Shown one piece after another: positions 55,817-64,000 of a DNA stretch of 64,000 nt. This DNA comes from Geosiphon pyriformis uo1 (taxonomy: Eukaryota > Fungi > Glomeromycota), in assembly GCA_016748015.1 (NCBI GenBank), contig JAAOMT010000741.1, forward strand, positions 496,001-560,000, in the 5' to 3' direction. The notes below the pieces were generated by a model. The model was not told the DNA's origin. It was given only the letters and a program-made list of their open reading frames with translations, and made no database searches. Both the position numbers and the translations under genes were made by a program. Each line of letters begins with the position of its first letter. Position 1 is the stretch's first letter.

Positions 55817-58800
55817 TTAGCAAAATGGGCATCCTTCCTTTTGTCTCTCTTTCACCTTAAAACAAAAGCTTCGATCAAGGTGTTTACAATTTGGAAATGG
55901 CACCAATACAAGAACGCGGCATGCGGTAGTGCACCAAGGGGAGGAGCATATTTCCTCGCACTAAAATGATTTCAAATTTTAAGGATATTTCTTGATAAAA
56001 AAATAATAGTCTGAAAAAAAAAATACCGTATGTCCACACTTCAACTTTTTGGCGCATTTTTCTGCGCAACGGAATTTTTCGGCTTGCTGTTTACAGGGTA
56101 TTTCTTTGGTGTGCCCACATTCAGGTGTGAATTGAACTGAAACTTCACAAGGCTCGCAACTATCTCGACATTCCTTTGGACACTGATGTCCGCATGGAAG
56201 AGTCCGTATACAAGGTTCCTAAAAAATATCGCACAGATATTCAATAGAGGAACTTATAATGGTTAACAGATTGAGTAGAACATACCCAGCATTTAACTTG
56301 ATCATGTGGAAATATGTGGCAATCCCGAGGACATATCTTTGATCGATATTAAAAAATTGAGTAAAAATTTAGAATCATAAATTCGATGGAGAAAGCTATG
56401 CTTACATGTCCGCACTCCATGATTTTACCACATTTTCTGGTACAGCCACCTTCAGGGGGAAATTGCCCAGCCCAGCTTACTTTTGTTATGACAGGAGAAC
56501 TCGGAGTCGAGTGCTTTTGACAATACAAAGTTAATTCCTTTCCGACTGACTTTTTTTCTTCAAGTATTAATAATACATCTCTCCAAAGTTCCGATTTTTC
56601 GGCTAGTTGTCCGGCATTTCCGAATATGTACATACCATGTTTGGCTCTGGAAAGGGCAACGCACACTTTGAACGCGAGGAAGTTTGTTTTATCAGCCAAT
56701 GAAATCCAACTTCACAAGGAAATAAGCAACACATGATTTTAACAAAGTTACATGCCTCTATTGCTCACACTCAAAAATCCTATCCTTCTTTGAGCGCTGC
56801 TTCTTACTAACGACAAAATGATTATATCATTTTCTTCCCCTTGAAAGCCGTCCACCGAGGAAACTTTAATTAACTTGAGGGTGCTGATAGACTTAGATGA
56901 CTCTTCCCGTAACAACTTCAGAATTCTCTTCCGTTGACCGGTATACATTGTTAATATAGTTCTATAAGGATTTTTGCTAATTAATTAAATGCTCAACAGA
57001 AAACGGTTCACGAGATGAAAAGTATCAAAGACTATGAACTTACATTCGTTGAGCTTCGTATCCACCTTTTACAAGATAACTAGCCAGTTTGGCACACATT
57101 AGAGCTTCAAACTCGTTAATCTTGGTTTTGGTGTCCTGAACATTCGTTTCCGCCTCTTGATGATCAAGGAAATACAAGTTATCTAGCATTCCCTTTACGT
57201 TGGGGTAGATCTTGACCTTTTCGGCGTCAGTGATCAAGGTCTTGTAGATAGGCCGTAATAATTCTCGTATTGCCGGTCGCATACGGCGTTGTTCAGACAA
57301 TTGACTAAAGTATAGAAAGCGGGTGAGGCGTTCAAATAGAGATACGTCTAATCGCTGGAAAATATGTTTAGTAATTTTTTAGCAAATTATCATCTTGAAA
57401 CCAAATGTATTAAATTAATCTTGAGAATATTTTTTACATGTTTGATAGCCAATTCCTGAACCGCCGTACTGGGCCGCAGCTGTTCATGATCCCTGATATT
57501 GGGTATGTGATCATTCAAGCATGGGAATTTTAGCAATTAAATTTCACACAAGCCACCTATTAAGCTTTCATTACCTACCCGATCAAGATTAAGTGCTGTG
57601 TTGCGGGTGAAAGTGATGTCACAATGTGGGCCTCTAAAGTTTCAGCGGCCTCCTCAATCATGATAATTTTGGGCTTCAAATTGACGAGTAGAACATGATT
57701 TTTTGCCTATGTGAAAATAGACAAAATTTTTATTCTGTTATAGAGTTATGCACCTCGATTAAAAATCAAGAATATTTGATTCGTACCGCAGCAGTTGTAG
57801 TCATCCCAACAATTCTCGCGGTTCGTAAAATCATGATATCTTCGCGCACTCTTTGCATTTTAATCTCTGCGGAAATTTTGGTGTATTTTTTATTTAAACT
57901 CTTTAACTCATCTTGAGCTACTTCCAATATTTTTTGTCTCCACTTATTGTGAATCGCGGCACGTACGTGCAGAGGAATTGCCCAAACATCGTCGTAATCG
58001 AGATATTTCTTAACTTCTTCTTCAGTGACATAGGTACTGGTACTATCGACAAATTCCTCACTTCTCAATAAACCAAATTCTCCTTTAAGCTTTTCTCCTT
58101 CATCTCTAGATTCCACGTCTTGAAATTCAGCATCCATTTCTTCGATAATCTCTTCATCAACCTCGGTCGGGTCATCCTCGGGATCGGGAATACGACCTTC
58201 GATATCAAGCTGAGAAAGTTGATGTTCCAAAAAATCATGAGTTGACGAGTGTGTGACGATTACTTGATCAAGCCATTCTCGGATGAACGCACGCTCAGAT
58301 TCCTCATCATCACCGTAATTCTTTGAAGTATGCCAGTCATCTTGTTGTAAACTAGAAAGCTGAGTTTCATTGAGAAGACCATTTTCTTTGACAAAAGCCA
58401 ATGTGACGCAGGGACTTTTAATCTGTTCGCAAAGCCCCATCATCCGATTTTCAATCTGGTCCTTTTCTCGGAACAAGTTCCGGAGTTTAGGGTTATGAAA
58501 ATTTTTTGGATCCGATTCTTTTAAATCTTTTCTGATTTGGTACAAAGTCCGGGGAATGATTTTTTCTGATTTTGAGCGTGAACCTAACCTTATGATATTC
58601 TCCTCAAATTCTTGAATACCTAAGTTCCATTGAATAAATTAATGAATATGAAGAGCAATTAAGAGGATGACATTAAAAGAAGTACCTTCTAGGAACTGAT
58701 CCAAGGCATGATTGGTTTGGCATGCAATAATCATTAGTCCGGGCATGTTTTCGGTCAGTAAACGAATTGCTTGAAGCCCAACGTATGTTTTTCCGGTTCC

Positions 58801-61306
58801 TGGTGGGCCTTGAACCAGGGCAATACGTTTGGTGATCATGCATTGTAGAGCATTGTATTGTGATGAATGAAAGCTTGTATGCAGTCTATCAAAATCCGGC
58901 CAACCATCTCGAACATTTATCTGAGAAAAATTTCAATAAATATTTGAGCTTAAAAATATTTGTCCTCACATCAAACTTGCTATCAAAATGTAAAATATTC
59001 AAGCATTCAAATAATAATAATAATTTGACAAATTATTGAAAGCAAATTTACATGCGTCTGAACTATGAATGAGAATGAAAATTATAGAATACCCGCGATG
59101 TGCCCCATGTATCGCACAAATTTTTTATTGCATCTGCGTTTTTGAACTCATAGACAGGATGGCGATGGATTAGATACTCGGGCTGCTCTATTCTGTAATC
59201 CCGATCGACTAGATGGGATTTGAATGGAAGCGTTTCTGGATCTAATTCTTGCAGCACGGTTAGCACATGACGATAGGCTGGTTTGAAAAAGAAAATATGA
59301 TTGATTAAAATGTAAATAAAAAACAAGGTTTGATCAACTCCAAAATTTACCCTCAAAATAAGAGGAAGTCGCTTCAATCTACAAATTATATGATCATGTA
59401 AGAAAGAGTATTACACGTGAAAGATGGCGTGTGAAGAAATAAGTTTAATATCTACCATTATGTAACCTTCCCCCCAAACAAATTCGACATCTTCATTCCG
59501 TAGAAGGACATCAATTTGAAGATCAAACTTCTTATCCAATTGTATTAACGGTCTATTGACGACAGTGCCAATTATCATTGTTTTAAAATTGTCATTGGTA
59601 AAGACAACCAAAGTCCCTGAAATCAATCGCTTGCTTTGGGCCCTGAGAGCAAGAAAATTTCGATTTTTATTAAAATGGTGATTTTTTAAAAATGTGAAAA
59701 ATATCAGTGATATAAATTTTTTGGCATAATCTGAATTACCAAGCAACTCTTTCACCAAAAGGTGTTCTGAATGAGATACGGTGAATGACTCCCATGATAG
59801 CAAATGTAACTCCAACAATTTGAACCTGAATTCCAAAGCAAAACTTGTCATGACTTGAACATTTTGAGCGTAGTTAACGATAACTCAACATACATGCTCA
59901 TATATGCGAATGTCGGAAATATCAGATTCAGTGGGGTCATCAATATTTTCGTCAGGCTCAGGTTCACGCAGTTTTTTAATGCCCTCACGTAGCGGGCGTA
60001 TACAATCTTCTCGCAGCAATCGGAAATGTGTCTCCAAATATTGATCCACGTTTTCGTAAGCCTCGTCTAGTTTATTATCGGGAAGATCTTGTGGTCGAGG
60101 CTGTAATAATTCATATTGTGTAGGTATAATCGGTATTGAGCGAAAGCCAGTCTTTGGGGGTTTTTCAATGTTCATCAATTCTGGTAGCTTTAGCGGTTTT
60201 TTAAATTCCTGCCTTGAAGAATCCCGAGAAGTGGCACTTGACCCATCATTTCCATGTTTTTTTTCACCTTTTTTGCGGCTGTTGACCACTTTACTAGAAG
60301 TTAACCCACCAGCGTCTTTATAATTTAGATTTTGTTTTGACGATGATGCTTTCCCAAGATCTTCCGTTGCTTTTGAAACTTTGGAACTGTTGTATTGATC
60401 GTCTAGATTGCTGAATTTGGACGAAGCAGGTTTAAGAGGCTCTTTCATTTCATTCTTTTTGGGGGTATTTGAATTGAGGTTTCTATTTAAAGCACCAAAT
60501 GGATTGCTTTGTGACCAATTGTTTTTGTCACTTGAGGTGATCTTCGATGAAGTAGACGTTTTTTGAGCCATTGGGCCCCAAGAGCTTACGAGCTCTTTCG
60601 ATATATTTTGAGAATTCCATGAGATTTTTTGCTCAAACTTTATATCTTGACCTACGGAGGCTATCGGCCACTCTGCCATCTTATCTTCAACCGATCTTTG
60701 ATCCCACGAAGAGAATTTATTTGAATTGGTTCCAGAGTTTTTTTTTGGTTCTGAATTATTCCACAGAGCGGATTGATTTTTAGCTACTCGCGTCCAAGAT
60801 TTGGAATCATCAAATTGATCATCTAAATTAGTAGTCTCTTGAACACGGGTAGTTTGTGGCTTCCATGATGTATCCTTTTGTACGAGGCTAACAGAATGGG
60901 GCATTTGTTTCTTCGATGACTGGGAGGTAACCCAAGAATATCTGTTTGGGTCTTGAGAGGTTGTTGTTTGTAAGTTCTGTGTCCAGGCATCATGATCTCG
61001 AATTTTCTGCACAGAAGTTGAAGCCAACGATACCGATTCATGTAATTGTCGCTCTGAAGAATTTTCTCGCAAAGGCTGTTTCCTGATATTGGCATTTTCA
61101 CCCATTTCATTAATTCTTGAGGCCAATGTCACAGATTCTCTTGATTGTAAACCAGGATTATTTGTTTTCTTTTTGTGAGAGTTTATAGGCTCCCATTCTG
61201 ACGTTTTTTCCTGCAAACTCTGTGCCCAGGTAATGTTATTTTCACTTGTGAAGTCAGGGGCATTTCCCCAAGAATTTCCCTCCTGAGAGTTTCCTTTTTC
61301 TGACAA
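55817..61306 (-). CDS. ZNFX1/Hrr1-like Upf1-family (SF1) RNA helicase with C-terminal NF-X1-type Cys-rich repeats
   Basis: [88 protein letters not shown], then CGH..C repeats. Confidence 0.95.
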
Positions 61307-61946
61307 AGAAGCTGTTTGATTCCCTGATACTTGAACCGAAAACCTGAAATCTTCGTCCTCAATCCCCCACTTTTTGGAACCCGTGTTGGCTGCGAGTTAT
61401 GGAAATTCACCATAAAAACAATGAAAGTTATCCAGGGAGTAGGGTTAACAAAACCTGCAGTTATTATATACCTTTTGATGTTGACTTTTTTCGAGAGCTC
61501 ATTGATGTGCAAAATTGGTTGCAAAAAAAAGACCATTTATCTGGGATTTACGTACTATAAATAATGTAATATGAACTAGGCAACTATAGTTTTGCATAAC
61601 AAATATGATCCAATATTATAATTGTTGGTTTTTTATTTATTTCAAGTTTAACTAATACAAACAATTACCATAAACTTAAAGTCTCCAAGAATGTACCAAT
61701 AATATTGTAACACCAGAAATTAGGGAGAACAGAGAGGTTTAAGGTGCTAATTGATCCATGGCGAACTCCATTTACCCACAATTGCATGACGGCAACCCTC
61801 AATGAAATTTTTTGTAGAAAATAATTCGTTTGATTTCAAGTCACGTGAATATGTTTTCGATCCCATGACTCGAAAGGAAATTTATTAATTAGCGTCACTA
61901 TGATCAACAAGAAAAACAAAAAACTTACCGAAATAAACTTCAAAAT

Positions 61947-63107
61947 ATGCTATCCAGGAATCAATCCAATCACCCGGACAAACTATCCGTAAAGCCATCC
62001 GAAGGTCCATTAGATACTTTGAAAATTTACTATGATTTAATTAAACAAAATGAAAAAGCAAACCAAAATCAAAATAATCAGGATGATAATAATGAACGAG
62101 AAAAGAATGGAACGAACGAAAAGAATCAAGAAAATTTGATATGTGATCTTCAAACAAAGGATTTTGTTCAAGATGTGAATAAATTTGGACTAGCTGGGAA
62201 GGTTTGGGATAGGTATGGGGATAGATCGTGTAAGATGAAAAAGTATTAATGATATATTTGAAATCTGACCCTGAGTATTCCATCAACTTTTTCTTCGATT
62301 TTATTATTTATCAGTGCCTATGCTCTAGATCTTTATCTACGCATGCCAAACACCACAATTCAATTTAACCCACCATGTCCAATTCCACCTCACCTCTTTT
62401 CTGCTTCTACTCATCCAACCTCAATCTTAACATCAGTGGATAACACCAACGATAATTACATCATATTAGAATTAGGATCCGGAACAGGATACGTAGGCAT
62501 AAGCTTATCACGTCGTTTAAAAAGAACTCAAGCCAAAATAATTTTAACAGATTTAGAGCAAGTTCTTCCACTCATCCGACATAACCTCACAAAAAATTCA
62601 CAATCATTATTTCGAAAAGATGATGATATTTCCGTGAATCGATTAGAATGGGGGTCGACTGAAGATGCGAAACACATTCTTTCACAACATAATGGAAGCG
62701 TTGATTTAGTTATTGCTTCAGATTTGGTTTATTTCCCGGAACTTTTTCAGCCGTTGATTAGGACGTTGTTGGATGTATGTAATGAACAAACGGTGGTGGT
62801 TTTTGGATATAAGAAACGAGCTTCATGGAAGGAAGAGACGTTTTGGTTAGAGGTTGGACGGTTTTTTGAGTTGAATATTGTTCAAATAGTAAATTTCCAC
62901 AAAGACAAGAAAAATTTTGATGATCCAAAAGAGGATAATTATGATGATAAAACGAACAAAAAGAATGATTATCACGATGACGAGACAAATATTTTTGGGG
63001 AAGAAGAAGGAATTTATGTATTTTTGGCGAGAAAAAAATTGGTATCTGATTATCAATCTGGGGTTGATACTTTTACCATATTAACCTTGGGTCAAATTAA
63101 CATTTAA
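61947..63107 (+). CDS. Seven-beta-strand lysine methyltransferase (METTL21/Methyltransf_16 family), 2 exons
   Basis: GLAGKVWDSA, ILELGSGTG, ILTDL, LEWG, VIASDLVY. Confidence 0.92.
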
Positions 63108-63217
63108 GATATTCTTGATATAAGTATTTAGCAAAATAAAACATTTTCAAATGAATTATAATATATCATAAGTGTTGAAGATTTTAACTTGTAAAATAAA
63201 AATAGCTTTTCTCAATT

Positions 63218-64000
63218 ATGATTTCTTTTGAGGTTGGTTCTGGCCAAGGGATAACCAAGCCGCTTCAACTCCTGGGCACTACGCGGTTCCCCCCATCGAA
63301 CACCTATGTGTTCGATGTGACTGCCAACAATTCCGTATTTGTAGCTTCTGGGTCAAATCATGCTCTCAACCTCTACGACCGTAGTTCTATGTCGTTTGTC
63401 CGCACCTTAACTTTTCATCAAGATAATATCACAAAAATAAAGGCTTATAAAGAGTCTTTTTTGATCTCGAGCTCGAAAGATGGTTCTATTGCTAATTGGG
63501 ATCTCAGAACACCGGGTAGTAGTCCTGTGCAAATTTTCAAAGGTTATTGCTTGCTCTTTGATCTTATTTTGAATATTTTACTACTTGGAATATAATGCTT
63601 AGTTTTAAAGTTTTATTATCTCATAAGGTAACGCAAACGAACCCTTATTAGCTTTCGATATCAACAATACCGACATAATTTTGGCAGCTGGAACCGAGTT
63701 GATAGGAGAAGACGCAAAAATTTTGTTTTGGTAAACCCAAAGTACTGCTTTTGTTTTGAAGCGGCCTATTTCAATTATTTGTTGGGCAAACCCTGACTTT
63801 TAGGTTCACTTCAAGTTGTGAACCTGCGCTAATAGGGATGTAAGAACTGGTTCAGTTGTCGCGGAATTTTTGGATTCACACAGTGACAGCATCACCCAAC
63901 TCAAATTTCATCCGCTTCAGTCTACACAATTGCTCAGCGGGTCGATTGATGGCTTAATTTGCACTTTCGACATCAGTAATTTTGATGAGGATGAAGCTTT
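63218..64000 (+). CDS. WDR89: WD40 protein, WDR89-like; runs off the window end
   Basis: LAAGTE....DAKILFWDVR, DSHSDSITQLKFHP, LLSGSIDGLIC.FD...DEDEA. Confidence 0.85.

Overview
Eukaryotic, intron-rich fungal DNA, most consistent with Glomeromycotina/Mucoromycota. The evidence is a TKL-kinase+Sel1 gene, introns of about 70-100 nt, and a LINE family resembling those I recall from Geosiphon (taxonomy is inference). About 18 spliced genes lie in dense blocks separated by near-pure A+T tracts: CENP-N-like, TKL-Sel1 kinase, GAPDH, metallophosphoesterase, NPC1/NCR1, PAP2, TMEM242-like, GT49, RRP40, Nab2-like, CorA/ALR, NDUFA2, WDR70, PFDN6, ACSF3-like, ZNFX1-like helicase, METTL21-like and WDR89. 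The centre (about 26.2-40.5 kb) is a decayed RNase H-containing LINE interrupted by a full-length Ty3/gypsy element with 654-bp LTRs, an ATAG TSD and a tRNA-Ile-type PBS. Most notable findings: (1) the two LTRs differ at about 61 sites that are all transitions, in all CpN contexts, which suggests a RIP-like cytosine hypermutation system in a lineage where RIP is not established; (2) a U6 snRNA gene with TATA box and terminator lacks the AGC catalytic triad; (3) GAPDH appears to need a 2-nt microexon; (4) the ZNFX1/Hrr1-like helicase has a Trp-repeat, Ago-hook-like N-terminus; (5) GC-AG introns are in excess; (6) the gypsy element has an extra stop-free frame in the env position. All exon structures and counts were made by hand.
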